A stretch of DNA of 64,000 nt from Spirochaetia bacterium. GTDB lineage: Bacteria; Spirochaetota; Spirochaetia; CADAEX01. The stretch lies in the NCBI GenBank assembly GCA_963662265.2, contig CAXXHA010000003.1:61942-125941 (forward strand). Reading direction: 5' to 3'. Within the stretch, counting starts at the first letter, position 1, and each line of letters opens with the position of its first letter. Below the pieces are notes generated by a model, which made no database searches, was not told the origin of the DNA, and saw nothing but the letters and a program-made list of their open reading frames with translations. A program made the position numbers and the translations under genes. Positions 41,548 through 51,819 of the stretch are shown piece after piece.

Positions 41548-44500
41548 ATGATAAAAAAAGTTGTAGTTTTTTTTCTGGTATTTCTGAATTCCTATTCTGT
41601 TTTTGCAGATAATTACAAACCCGATAGCGCTTTTATTTCTCAACTGTTAAAGGAAAATCAACAAACAGCAGAAAGATTTAACAGCTGGGCAAGGGAACTT
41701 AAATCTGAGAATCCTGAAATAAAAGTTGCATCAGGCAATAGGGAGTATGGAGATATTGTGTATTCTCCCGATTCGAAGTATTTTCTTACTTCTTCCGGAA
41801 ATAATCTTTTATTGGTGGAAATAGAAACCGGGATAGTAATAAAAACACTTAAAACAGGTAATCCCAAAAAACATATCGTATTTAAATGGTTTTCTTCTGA
41901 CGGCAGGCATGCCATCTTTACCGAAACAAGCGGTATAGATGGCATGCTGAATTATCATATTATTGATATAGCCAGTGGAAAAACAATAAAAAGCTTATCT
42001 CTAAAAGGACACAGTAACGGAGTTACCGGTGCAGATTTATCCCGGGATGGGAGGCAATTGATTACCTCCTCAAAGGACAAAAAACTTATCTTGTGGAACC
42101 TTGAATCAGGAAAAAAAATCAGGGAATATCCCGAACCCGGATTAAAAGATTCTTCAGTATTTTTTTGCCCTGATAGTGATTATGCTCTTATCTGTAATCC
42201 TGATATTAAACTAATAAATCTGGCAACTGGGAAAGTAGAGAAACAATGGAAAGGAAAGTCTCCTTCAATAAATTTTCCAGGAGGAAAATATATTGCTTTT
42301 ACATCAATACCAGATAGAAAAACAGTCAATATTGCTGAAATTAAAAGTGGTCGGATTATTCGATCTTTTAAGCATGATAGCAATGTATATAGGATAGATT
42401 TAGCTTTAGATAGTAAATATCTTTATACGTATGATAAGGAAAAAGTATACCGATGGAATATAGGTGCTGAATCTCTTGACTGGGAAAGTGACAGGATTCG
42501 AGGATCCATGATTAATATATCCCCGGATAACTCTACACTGATTATTTCTGATTATATGAACACTGGTTTTGTACTACTGGATCCTTTGACAGGAGATGTT
42601 AAAAAAAGAATAAAATCCTCTGCTGTCTCCATGAATTCAATCAGGCATTCATCAAAAAATGTAAGCTATTTTTGCGGAGGTTCAGATGGATCAATCCGAC
42701 AATTTAGTGTGTTCAATGGACGTTTAATTAATTCACTTAAATCTGATAGGGATACAACAAAGTATAAACATTCTGAAAAAATTAATGACCTTTGTTTATC
42801 CCATGACGAACAATATATACTTGTTGGAAAAAAAAGTGGATTTTTGACAATGTGGAGTATTAAAAATGAAAAAATTCTAAAGACATATAAAACCAAATTT
42901 ACAATTCGTGATGTAGCATTATCTCCAGACAATAAAGTAATATTATATACAACTTTTGATCCAAATATTATTGCTATTGATGCGGAATCAGGGAAAGAGT
43001 TGTTCCAGATATCAGGTTTCAGACATGATGCTCCTCGTGATTTTGTTTTTTCTTCCGATGGGAAATATATATTAAGTGCCAGTGATTATGGAATGAAATT
43101 GTTTGCTTCTAAAACAGGTAAAGAAATACGAAGCTTCAACGATCGAGTAAATGTAAATTACTATAACAGTGTTGTTTTCTCCCCTGATGGATTATATATT
43201 GCCGGCGGTGGGCTTGATAATAAAATCTATTTATTTAATACACAAAATGGTCAACTTATAAGATCATTTACTGGTCATGATAATATTGTCAAATCAGTTT
43301 CATTCTCTCCTGATGGAAAGTTTCTTTTATCATCATCAGATGATAGAACTCTTAGACTCTGGAATGTTGATACCGGGGAAATAATTACTACTATTAGGGG
43401 ATTTTCCAGCTCAATTAATTCCACCTTTATTACTTCTGATAATAATCATGCACTTTCATGTTCAGATGATGGAGTTCTCAAATATTGGAATCTTACTGAT
43501 GGTGAACTAATATATACTACAATAGCTGATTCATATGGACATTCTGTAACATGGACACCGGAAGGGTATTTTGCAGGGGATGAGGAATTTGCCAGAAAAA
43601 CTGTATACATTGTAAATGGATTAACCTCTTACTCCATTGATCAGTTCTTTGATACATACTTCCGCCCTGATATTGTCCAGGCAAAGATAGCTGGAAAGAA
43701 TATTTCTGAACTTGCTGGAGATAAAAAACTCGTCGATGATCTTGCTCTTACTCCTGAAGTAAACATTGAGGTTGAACAGACAGACGGTTCTTTTCATAAT
43801 ATTACAAACAGCCAGAAAAATTATAATATTACTAACGGTAGTATTAAATTAAAAATTTCTGCTATTGATCAGGGTGGAGGAGCTGAAGAAATCCGGGTAT
43901 TTCATAACGGAGTCAGGATATCAGGAAAAGCTAGGGGGCTGTCTGTTACTGGCTATGGTAAAATAAAAATACAAAATATTACAGTAAAATTAGCAGATGG
44001 TGAAAACACAATACGTGCTCTTGCTTTTACAACTAACAGGATAGAAAGCAGACCATCTGTTCTTACAATCAGGTATCGTGCTCCTCAAAAGATTGAGCCT
44101 ACACTCTGGATATTGGCGGTAGGTATAAACAAATATAAAAATGGCAGGTATAACCTCAACTATGCTGTCAATGATGCAGATAGTTTTATAAAAGCTGTTA
44201 AAAAATCAGGAAAGGACCTTTATAAATCTATCGAAACAATTCTTTTAACAAATAAGATGGCTACTCGACAAAGTATTATCGATGCATTAAGAAAAATAAC
44301 CAACAGTGCAAAACCCGAAGATGTTTTTATGTTCTTCTATGCTGGTCACGGAATCGCACTTGAATCTATAGAGACAAAAAAAACTGAGTTCTTTTTTATT
44401 CCAACAGATGTAACTCAGATGACTGATTTTTCTAAAGTAATGAATTCTGGATTGGGTGGATCTGAGTTTGAAGTTCTTGTAAGCTCTATTCCTGCCAGAA

Positions 44501-44868
44501 AACAATTTCTGGTACTCGATGCCTGTAATTCAGGCGCGATAAACACAGCTTTTGGATTGAGAGGTGCAGCAGAGGAAATTGCACTTTCCCGTCTTGGGCG
44601 AGCTACGGGTTCGGCTCTCATTGCTGCTAGCCGGGATGATCAGTTTGCCCAGGAATTTGCATCTCTTGGGCAGGGGGCATTGACTAAAGCATTATTGGAT
44701 GGTCTTAACGGCAAAGCGGCACAGACAAACGGACAAATAACAGTAGGGGGGCTAAAAAACTATGTTGAGTCTGAATTACCAGATCTGACGGAAAAATATG
44801 CAGGACAGGCTCAATATCCTACCGGTTTTGTTTTTGGTCAGGATTTTCCAATTGGAATATATCCATAA
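41548..44868 (+). CDS. Exported WD40-repeat protein with a C-terminal caspase-like (peptidase C14) domain
   Basis: ATG 41548 after AAGAGG; signal peptide MIKKVVVFFLVFLNSYSVFA; many WD40 repeats (e.g. GHDNIVKSVSFSPDGKFLLSSSDDRTLRLWN); beta-rich linker; catalytic FYAGHG and LDACNSG. Confidence 0.9.
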   Translation: MIKKVVVFFLVFLNSYSVFADNYKPDSAFISQLLKENQQTAERFNSWARELKSENPEIKVASGNREYGDIVYSPDSKYFLTSSGNNLLLVEIETGIVIKTLKTGNPKKHIVFKWFSSDGRHAIFTETSGIDGMLNYHIIDIASGKTIKSLSLKGHSNGVTGADLSRDGRQLITSSKDKKLILWNLESGKKIREYPEPGLKDSSVFFCPDSDYALICNPDIKLINLATGKVEKQWKGKSPSINFPGGKYIAFTSIPDRKTVNIAEIKSGRIIRSFKHDSNVYRIDLALDSKYLYTYDKEKVYRWNIGAESLDWESDRIRGSMINISPDNSTLIISDYMNTGFVLLDPLTGDVKKRIKSSAVSMNSIRHSSKNVSYFCGGSDGSIRQFSVFNGRLINSLKSDRDTTKYKHSEKINDLCLSHDEQYILVGKKSGFLTMWSIKNEKILKTYKTKFTIRDVALSPDNKVILYTTFDPNIIAIDAESGKELFQISGFRHDAPRDFVFSSDGKYILSASDYGMKLFASKTGKEIRSFNDRVNVNYYNSVVFSPDGLYIAGGGLDNKIYLFNTQNGQLIRSFTGHDNIVKSVSFSPDGKFLLSSSDDRTLRLWNVDTGEIITTIRGFSSSINSTFITSDNNHALSCSDDGVLKYWNLTDGELIYTTIADSYGHSVTWTPEGYFAGDEEFARKTVYIVNGLTSYSIDQFFDTYFRPDIVQAKIAGKNISELAGDKKLVDDLALTPEVNIEVEQTDGSFHNITNSQKNYNITNGSIKLKISAIDQGGGAEEIRVFHNGVRISGKARGLSVTGYGKIKIQNITVKLADGENTIRALAFTTNRIESRPSVLTIRYRAPQKIEPTLWILAVGINKYKNGRYNLNYAVNDADSFIKAVKKSGKDLYKSIETILLTNKMATRQSIIDALRKITNSAKPEDVFMFFYAGHGIALESIETKKTEFFFIPTDVTQMTDFSKVMNSGLGGSEFEVLVSSIPARKQFLVLDACNSGAINTAFGLRGAAEEIALSRLGRATGSALIAASRDDQFAQEFASLGQGALTKALLDGLNGKAAQTNGQITVGGLKNYVESELPDLTEKYAGQAQYPTGFVFGQDFPIGIYP

Positions 44869-44884
44869 AAACAGATGTTGTTGG

Positions 44885-44908
44885 CGTGCCGTTGCAAAAT
44901 TATGTCCG
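44885..44908 (-). mobile_element. Isolated IS-type end, inverted copy of the 41463-41486 end
   Basis: CGTGCCGTTGCAAAATTATGTCCG versus the reverse complement of 41463-41486, CGTACCGTTGCAAAATTACATCCG: 21/24 identical. Confidence 0.75.
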
Positions 44909-44997
44909 GTGATATTTAATGAATATTATAATAGAAAGATTGATTTTTGCGACCCTAAGTTAAGGAGACTTATTTCGTTAAATTATGAACTGTGATA

Positions 44998-45087
44998 AGA
45001 CTCCCTCCTTTAGGGAGTCTCCAAGTCTAATGAACTTGTTCCATTTGATTTAGAATCTTAGTAATACTCCCTCTTCGGGGGAGTATT
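44998..45087. repeat. Two related hairpins (ACTCCCT...GGGAGT)
   Basis: AGACTCCCT-CCTTT-AGGGAGTCT (44998-45020) and AATACTCCCTC-TTC-GGGGGAGTATT (45063-45087). Confidence 0.7.
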
Positions 45088-45155
45088 GTTAAATATAAAT
45101 GAAATATAAAACCTGCGTCTTCGCACCCCAGACCCGGTACACGCAAAGCAGGTTT

Positions 45156-47021
45156 TTACGCGGATTGTCCCCGTTTATCCAGGATTTTTCTTTCGGCTGC
45201 GCTTAAAACCCTTTTTCTGAGTCTTATGGATACAGGTGTAACTTCGACAAGTTCATCCTCATCAATAATATTCAAAGCAGCTTCAGGAGTGAGCGGAATA
45301 ACTGGTGTGAGTATTACATTGTTGTCTTTTCCTGCAGCTCTCATGTTTGAAAGCTGTTTTGTTTTGGTGGGATTAACATTGAGGTCATTTTCCCTGTTAT
45401 GTTCACCGACTACCATTCCCTCGTAAACCCTGTCACCCGGGACAACATACATCTTGCCTCTCGGTTCAAGGCCGAAAATACCGTATGCAACAGCGTCTCC
45501 GGGCCTGTCTGCAATCAATGATCCGTTATTTCTTGTCGGATAATCACCCCGGTATTTTTCATAACCTTCCAGGTATGAATTCATGATTCCGGTTCCTTTT
45601 GTATCTGTCATGAATTTATCCCTGTACCCGATAAGCGATCTGGATGGTATTGAAAATTCAAGGATTACTCTTCCTGCATCTGTATTTGTGAAATTCACCA
45701 TTTTAGCTTTTCTCTGAAGCAGTGTTTCAGAAATAACACCTGAATATGTATCTTCCACATCTACAACAAGATGTTCAATCGGCTCAAGCCTTGTCCCGTT
45801 TTCGTCATTCTTATAAATAACATGGGGACGTCCGACACAGAATTCCAGACCCTCTCTTTTCATTGTTTCAATGAGAATCGCCATCTGGAATTCGCCTCTT
45901 CCTTTTACAATGTAACCTTCACCGTCAGGTGCTGTTTCCACCTGCAGGGATACATTTCTGAGTGTTTCCTTGTTTAGCCTTTCAAGGAGCTTTGCTCCCT
46001 GGATAAAAGTCCCTTCTGTTCCCGCTTTCGGAGATGTGTTAGGCATAAATCTCATTGATACTGTCGGATCATCGATAGTCAGCCTTGGTAGGGGGACTGT
46101 ATTTTCAGGTGTACTTATTGTATCTCCGATTTTGATATCATTGACACCTGACAGAATTACAATATCACCTGCATCTGCTTTCTCGACAGCTTCAAGTTCT
46201 GTTCCCCTGTATACCTGTATTTTTGATATTTTAAGGGGATTTGATTTCCCCTCCTCATCAATCCTTATAAGCCTGTCATTTGTAGAAACAGATCCGCTTT
46301 CTATTTTTCCGATAGCCATTCTTCCAAGGTAGTCTGAATAGTCAAGATCTGCCACAACAAGCTGAAAGCTTTCATCTGGATCCGAATCCGGAGATGAGAT
46401 ATGACTGATTATTGTCTCCATCAGGGGATTGAGATTCGATGACTTATCTTCAAGTTCGTGCTTTGCAATTCCCGCCCTGCCGTTTGCATAGATTACCGGG
46501 GATTCCAGGTATTTCTCATCTGCTCCGAGATCTATGAGAAGGTCGAGAATTTCATCATAAACCTCATCCGGCCTTGCATCATCCCTGTCAATTTTATTGA
46601 TCAGTATTACAATATCAAGGTTCTTCTCAAGTGTCTTGGAAAGAACAAACCTTGTCTGGGGAAGAGGCCCTTCGGCTGCATCTACAAGAAGAACAACCCC
46701 GTTTACCATTGAAAGGGCTCTTTCAACTTCACCGCTGAAGTCTGCGTGTCCCGGAGTGTCGAGAATATTGATTTTTACACCGTTCCACACAACTTCGCAG
46801 TTTTTTGCGGATATGGTTATCCCTCTCTCCTTTTCAAGGTCTCCCGAGTCCATTATTCTTTCTTCAACAGCTTCGTTCTCCCTGAAAAGCCCGCTCTGTT
46901 TGAACATTGAATCAACAAGTGTTGTTTTTCCATGGTCTACATGCGCAATTATTGCTATATTTCTGATATTAAGTTCACCGGTACTTTTTATTTCCCGATT
47001 TTCAAGTATAGTCTGAGACAT
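45156..47021 (-). CDS. typA: Translational GTPase TypA/BipA
   Basis: IRNIAIIAHVDHGKTT, ERGITI, DTPGHADF, NKID, GRGEFQ and ELVEVTP..IRLRK. Confidence 0.96.
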   Translation of the reverse strand: MSQTILENREIKSTGELNIRNIAIIAHVDHGKTTLVDSMFKQSGLFRENEAVEERIMDSGDLEKERGITISAKNCEVVWNGVKINILDTPGHADFSGEVERALSMVNGVVLLVDAAEGPLPQTRFVLSKTLEKNLDIVILINKIDRDDARPDEVYDEILDLLIDLGADEKYLESPVIYANGRAGIAKHELEDKSSNLNPLMETIISHISSPDSDPDESFQLVVADLDYSDYLGRMAIGKIESGSVSTNDRLIRIDEEGKSNPLKISKIQVYRGTELEAVEKADAGDIVILSGVNDIKIGDTISTPENTVPLPRLTIDDPTVSMRFMPNTSPKAGTEGTFIQGAKLLERLNKETLRNVSLQVETAPDGEGYIVKGRGEFQMAILIETMKREGLEFCVGRPHVIYKNDENGTRLEPIEHLVVDVEDTYSGVISETLLQRKAKMVNFTNTDAGRVILEFSIPSRSLIGYRDKFMTDTKGTGIMNSYLEGYEKYRGDYPTRNNGSLIADRPGDAVAYGIFGLEPRGKMYVVPGDRVYEGMVVGEHNRENDLNVNPTKTKQLSNMRAAGKDNNVILTPVIPLTPEAALNIIDEDELVEVTPVSIRLRKRVLSAAERKILDKRGQSA

Positions 47022-47304
47022 ATATTTATTCCTGTCGGTTTGATTTTGTTTATTAAAAAAGCATGATGAGAATATATCAAACAATTAAAATTTACAAGTA
47101 TCATAAATAGGCTATACTGCCCTTTTATTCCATTAAACAGATATTTCTTCTCTACGGAAGTTGTCAGTGGAAAATATACAGCCTTTGAACATGGTTTCTT
47201 ATCACTGTTTATAAACATTTGTTCATTTACAGGTTTCCGTGATTGATGATTTTATTATGAATATGATAACATATGTTCAATAAAGGACTAAAAAGGAGCT
47301 AAAA

Positions 47305-47691
47305 ATGGCAAAATTACTACCTGAGGTAAAAACAGCGCTTGAAAAAACATCACCTGTATGTATTGCAACATCCAGTAAAGATGGTGTACCGAATATTGTT
47401 TATGTTACATTTCTTAAAATTTATGATGATGAGACAATTGTAGTAGCTGATAATAAATTTGCAAAAACTCTTGCAAATCTTGAGGCAAATCCAGCTCTTT
47501 CATTTGTTGTACTTGATCCTGACGCAAAAAAAGCTTACCAGATTAAAGGAAAGGTGGAATATATTACTGCCGGTGAAAAATATGACTATACAGTCAACTG
47601 GGTTCAGAGTAAAAGGCCTGAAATGACTCCAAAGGGCGGTGTATTCATGAGTGTAGATGAAATATACTGCGGTGCTGAAAAGCTTGCGTAA
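47305..47691 (+). CDS. Pyridoxamine 5'-phosphate oxidase-like FMN-binding protein
   Basis: IATSSKDGVPN, DNKFAKT..NL..NP and YQIKG; RBS AAGGAG. Confidence 0.85.
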   Translation: MAKLLPEVKTALEKTSPVCIATSSKDGVPNIVYVTFLKIYDDETIVVADNKFAKTLANLEANPALSFVVLDPDAKKAYQIKGKVEYITAGEKYDYTVNWVQSKRPEMTPKGGVFMSVDEIYCGAEKLA

Positions 47692-47700
47692 ATAACTTTT

Positions 47701-47733
47701 AACCGCTGTATTATCACAGCGGTTGTATTTTTT
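47701..47733 (+). terminator. Rho-independent terminator
   Basis: AACCGCTGT-ATTATC-ACAGCGGTT followed by a T-rich tract. Confidence 0.7.
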
Positions 47734-47934
47734 ATACCCGATTTTATACTTCTCTGCCTTAATCCGGTAACCGGTATTTTCCCGTTTATGAAATGTAATA
47801 ATTCTCTTTTATCTTTAATCTTTAATTTCTATTCTATATTTGAATTAATCGTTAAATAAATATTTTTTTATCTTGACAGAATAATGCGGCATGTTTAAAT
47901 TACTATATATAGAAAACAATATGCAGGGGTTTGT

Positions 47935-49338
47935 ATGAAAAAATATGATATTATTGTAATAGGAATGGGTCCTGCCGGAATGGCAGTCTCGGCAATGGGA
48001 TCAGCAATGGGGCTTAAAGTTCTTGCTGTTGAAAAACACAAAGTCGGCGGCGAATGCCTGAATGTAGGTTGTATCCCGAGCAAGGCGCTTTTAAAAGCTG
48101 CCGAGGCAAATAACACAGCATTTAATCTCAGAAAATACGGTATTGAGCTGGATGTTTTTACTAAGAGCAAGGATCCAATGAATATCGTCCGTGAAAAAAT
48201 ATCCGGTATCAATAATAAAAAATTCATGAAGGTTTTTGAAAAAGTTGACCTTGTAATAAACGAAGGCAATGCTGAATTCATTGATTCTAAAACAATTCTT
48301 GCCGGAGGGGAAAAATACACTGCAAAAAAAATATTTATTGCGACAGGGACAAATCCCATGATTCCCCCGATTCCCGGGCTTAAGGATGTTCCGAGCCTTA
48401 CAAACCTGAATATATTTGAAACAGAGGAAATACCTGAATCAATGACTATAATCGGAGGCGGTGCAATCGGTACAGAGATGGCACAGGCTTTTGCCCGGCT
48501 CGGATCAAAAGTAAGCCTTTTTCATATGGATCCACATCTTATCCCTGCAGGCGATGAGGAAGCTGCAAGAGTTCTTGAAGAGAAATTCAGGGAGGAGGGA
48601 ATTGCAGTTTATAACAAAGCTGCAATAGAAAAGGTTGAGGAAAAGGATGGCAAAATCCTTACATATGCTGAAGGGCAGGTATTTGAATCTGAAAAAATCC
48701 TGGTTGCAACTGGAAGAACTCCTGTTCTGGAACCTCTGAAACTGGATAAGGCAGGTGTGAAATATGGCAGGAAAGGGATCGAAGTAGACCAGCATATGAG
48801 AACAAATGTCAAAAACATCTATGCTGTCGGAGACTGCAACGGCAAGTATCTTTTCTCACATGCTGCAATGCACCAGGGTATGCTTGCTCTGATGGATGCG
48901 GTAAGTCCTGTTCCGATGGGTATGCTAAAGAGAGATAAATACCCTGTGCCATGGTCTGTATTTACACAGCCTGAAGTAGCCCAGGTCGGTCTCACAGAGA
49001 AACAGGCAGAAGAGAAGGGGATTAAGTATGAAGTTGTCAAGAAATCATATGAATCCTACGGAAGGACTGTTGCGGACGGGCATCCGGAAGGATTTATCAA
49101 GATCCTTACAGGGAAAAGAGGCAGAATTCTCGGCGCATCAATAGTTGGTGAAAATGCGAGTGAGCTTATCCATGAATGGACAATGGCAATTCAGTATAAA
49201 AAGACAATAATTGATATAATGATGATGCAGCATTCTTTTCCGACAATTTCCATGATAAACAAGATGGTTGCTGAAGACTGGATGATGGGAAAAATGGAAA
49301 TTCCGTTCATTAAAAAGATGATAAAATTTATATTCTGA
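47935..49338 (+). CDS. Class I pyridine nucleotide-disulfide oxidoreductase (lipoamide dehydrogenase / mercuric reductase-like family)
   Basis: GMGPAG, redox disulfide GGECLNVGCIPSK, GGGAIG, ATGR.P and YAVGD; C-terminal HSFPT. Confidence 0.88.
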   Translation: MKKYDIIVIGMGPAGMAVSAMGSAMGLKVLAVEKHKVGGECLNVGCIPSKALLKAAEANNTAFNLRKYGIELDVFTKSKDPMNIVREKISGINNKKFMKVFEKVDLVINEGNAEFIDSKTILAGGEKYTAKKIFIATGTNPMIPPIPGLKDVPSLTNLNIFETEEIPESMTIIGGGAIGTEMAQAFARLGSKVSLFHMDPHLIPAGDEEAARVLEEKFREEGIAVYNKAAIEKVEEKDGKILTYAEGQVFESEKILVATGRTPVLEPLKLDKAGVKYGRKGIEVDQHMRTNVKNIYAVGDCNGKYLFSHAAMHQGMLALMDAVSPVPMGMLKRDKYPVPWSVFTQPEVAQVGLTEKQAEEKGIKYEVVKKSYESYGRTVADGHPEGFIKILTGKRGRILGASIVGENASELIHEWTMAIQYKKTIIDIMMMQHSFPTISMINKMVAEDWMMGKMEIPFIKKMIKFIF

Positions 49339-49481
49339 TTCTTATTTGAATTAAAACAGCGCTGTTTATTCACTGCAATAGACAGCGTTTTTTTGTCTGT
49401 AATGATTCAGACTATTTATGGATAATAATCAATACAGGAATCTGCACGAAAAAGTATTAGTTTTTATTCATGCAGATTTAA

Positions 49482-49862
49482 TCAGTCCTGCTTGTAATCA
49501 TAGAGTTTTTCAGCGCAGGCAGGGCAGATTGAATGGGTCAGCTGAAGATCAGAGTTCCTGTAAAGATATTCCTCTATTGTAATCCATTTACTGTCTACCC
49601 TTATTTTTTTGCAGGAAGCACAGATAGGGAGCATCCCTTCAAGAAGCTTTATCCTGTTGATTATCATCCGGGTTGAAGTAACGACAAATATCCCTACCAG
49701 CAGGATTACTATGCTTTCTATAACGCTTTCGCCGTAATTAATTGGTGTTGCTTCCTTTCCTGCCAGGATTGAAGGGATATCGAATATTTCTATGATCCAC
49801 TGAACAGCTGCCAGAAAAATGAATCCGGCAATCTCTATTTTAATTATATGTTTTATCATCAC
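49482..49862 (-). CDS. 2-TM protein with a C-terminal CxxCKKIR...HxxCPxC motif
   Basis: Two hydrophobic helices, then LPICASCKKIRVDSKWITIEEYL...HSICPAC. Confidence 0.8.
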   Translation of the reverse strand: MMIKHIIKIEIAGFIFLAAVQWIIEIFDIPSILAGKEATPINYGESVIESIVILLVGIFVVTSTRMIINRIKLLEGMLPICASCKKIRVDSKWITIEEYLYRNSDLQLTHSICPACAEKLYDYKQD

Positions 49863-49932
49863 TCATATATTATAAACTGTTAATATAAAAAAAATAAAAT
49901 ACTATTTACATTCATTAAATAATATATGATAA

Positions 49933-49950
49933 TAGTTGCGACCGCAACTA
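49933..49950. promoter_or_regulatory. MarR-type operator palindrome
   Basis: Perfect TAGTTGCG-AC-CGCAACTA between a -10-like element and the marR start. Confidence 0.75.
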
Positions 49951-49964
49951 AAAGAGAAAGATGT

Positions 49965-50438
49965 ATGAACAAAAATAATCATGTATCAATAGGGAAGCTT
50001 ATTGACATAATCAACAGAAATATAAAGCAGATCATAAGCCATGAGATCTCTGATGACTGCATTGGCCCCGGGCAGTTCCATTTTCTTCACATAATATCCA
50101 GAAATGAGGGGATACCACAGAAAGAACTTGTCGAGATGATGAAAATTAACAAGGCGAATGTAACAAGGGGAATTATCCGGCTTGAAAAAAACGGATATAT
50201 AAAAAGAGTGCGGAATGAGGATGACAACAGGGTAATAAACCTGTTTCTCACAGACAGGGGCTCCTCCATTATTCCTGAACTCAAAAAAGCAAAAATCCGT
50301 ATTACTGAAATCTGCACTGAAAAACTTACTGAAAAGGAAACAGAAACGCTGTTTATACTGCTTGAAAAAGTCAAGGATTCAGTTACCTCCGAAACAGAGA
50401 GAATTAAGGGGAGCATCGATATTAATGAAGAAAGATAA
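49965..50438 (+). CDS. MarR-family regulator
   Basis: QKEL....INKANVTRGIIRLEKNGYIKR..NEDDNR...LFLTDRG. Confidence 0.92.
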   Translation: MNKNNHVSIGKLIDIINRNIKQIISHEISDDCIGPGQFHFLHIISRNEGIPQKELVEMMKINKANVTRGIIRLEKNGYIKRVRNEDDNRVINLFLTDRGSSIIPELKKAKIRITEICTEKLTEKETETLFILLEKVKDSVTSETERIKGSIDINEER

Positions 50439-51819
50439 TAATATAAAAGCCAAACTCACCGAAGGAAGTGTCGGTAAACTACTTATCCGGCTTACCCTCC
50501 CCATGATTATGGGTATTCTCAGCATGGTTATATATAATCTTGTCGATACCTTTTTTGTCAGCAAGCTGGGAAGTGATCAGATGGCTGCCCTTGCCTTTAC
50601 TTTTCCTGTGGTTCTTGTTGTGAGCAGTGTATCACATGGTCTAGGAGTCGGGACATCATCACTTGTTTCAAGGGCGATAGGGGAGAATAATCCTGATAAA
50701 GTCAGAAGGCTGGCAACTGACAGCCTTGTCCTTTCTTTTCTCTGTGTAGTCTGTTTTGTAACTATAGGTCTTCTTACAATAGACCCCCTTTTTACACTGC
50801 TTGGTGCGGACAGAAAGATCCTTCCGTATATAAGGGAATATATGACTGTCTGGTATCCGGGGATGGCTTTTGTCGTGTTTCCTATGGTCGGCAATAATAT
50901 TATCAGGGCAACCGGGGATACCAGGACTCCAGGCCTTGTCATGCTTACAGGAGCACTTGTCAATTCATTTATGGATCCCCTGCTTATCTTCGGTAGTGAA
51001 GCTGTTCCTGTTATCGGGAACGTTCTGGGCAGTATAGGCATTGTAATCAAACCTTTCGGTATCAGGGGGGCTGCTGCAGCTACACTTATAGGCAGGTCAA
51101 TCACTTTTCTTGTTGCGCTTTATATTCTCAACTGGAGAGAGAGGCTTCTTGTACTGAAACGATGCCCTTTTAAGGAAATAATGCATTCATGGAGAGAGAT
51201 TCTCGGCATAGGTATTCCAAATGCAGGTTCAAGGATGATTATCCCTATCGGAGCAGGGGTAATTACAAGGTTTGTATCAGAATATGGTATTGCATCTGTT
51301 GCAGGTTACGGTATTGCAACAAGGATTGAATTTTTTTCACTTGCTGCAGTAAGAGCTCTTTCCAGCATTATAGGACCTTTTATCGGGCAGAACCTGGGTG
51401 CAGGATATTTTGACAGGGTGAAAAAGGGACTCCGGAGGGGAACCCAGTTTTCCCTTATTGCAGGGGGATTTATTTTTATTTTCCTCTTTGCTGCTGCCGA
51501 TTCTATTGCTCGCCTTTTTAACAGCAATCCTGAAGTTTCATCCACAGCTGCCCTTTACCTGCGGATTGTTTCTATCGGTTACGGAATGCAGGGGATTTGC
51601 CTGATATCATCTTCAGTTTTAAATGTATTTAAAAAACCTTTCCAGGCCGTAGGGATAAGTCTTGTTGAAATATTTATTTTATCAATTCCTCTTTCGTTCT
51701 TTGCTGAAAAGTTTTTCGGTCTGAAAGGAATATTTTCTGCCATTGGTTTCAGCTTTTTTATATCGGGAATATTCGCCTATTTCCTTGTTAAGAGAAATGT
51801 AAAAAATGATATAGGCTGA
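50425..51819 (+). CDS. MATE-family efflux transporter
   Basis: LTLPMI, YNLVDTFFVSKLG, RATGDTRTP, DPLLIFG and GQNLGAG. Confidence 0.93.
   Translation: MKKDNNIKAKLTEGSVGKLLIRLTLPMIMGILSMVIYNLVDTFFVSKLGSDQMAALAFTFPVVLVVSSVSHGLGVGTSSLVSRAIGENNPDKVRRLATDSLVLSFLCVVCFVTIGLLTIDPLFTLLGADRKILPYIREYMTVWYPGMAFVVFPMVGNNIIRATGDTRTPGLVMLTGALVNSFMDPLLIFGSEAVPVIGNVLGSIGIVIKPFGIRGAAAATLIGRSITFLVALYILNWRERLLVLKRCPFKEIMHSWREILGIGIPNAGSRMIIPIGAGVITRFVSEYGIASVAGYGIATRIEFFSLAAVRALSSIIGPFIGQNLGAGYFDRVKKGLRRGTQFSLIAGGFIFIFLFAAADSIARLFNSNPEVSSTAALYLRIVSIGYGMQGICLISSSVLNVFKKPFQAVGISLVEIFILSIPLSFFAEKFFGLKGIFSAIGFSFFISGIFAYFLVKRNVKNDIG

Noticed and set aside
44869-45100. Integron attC site after the caspase gene
   Set aside because: GTTAAAT words exist, but no matching RYYYAAC inverse core follows the stop codon. 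The IS-type end explains the boundary better.
45117-45143. Fourth IS end, or direct repeat of 41076-41099
   Set aside because: The similarity (GTCT..GCACC..CCG.GTAC) is gapped and short, and it lies inside the typA terminator-like stem.
47935-49338. merA or true lpdA assignment
   Set aside because: No C-terminal Cys-Cys pair or mer genes, and no HPTxxE motif or 2-oxoacid dehydrogenase genes nearby.
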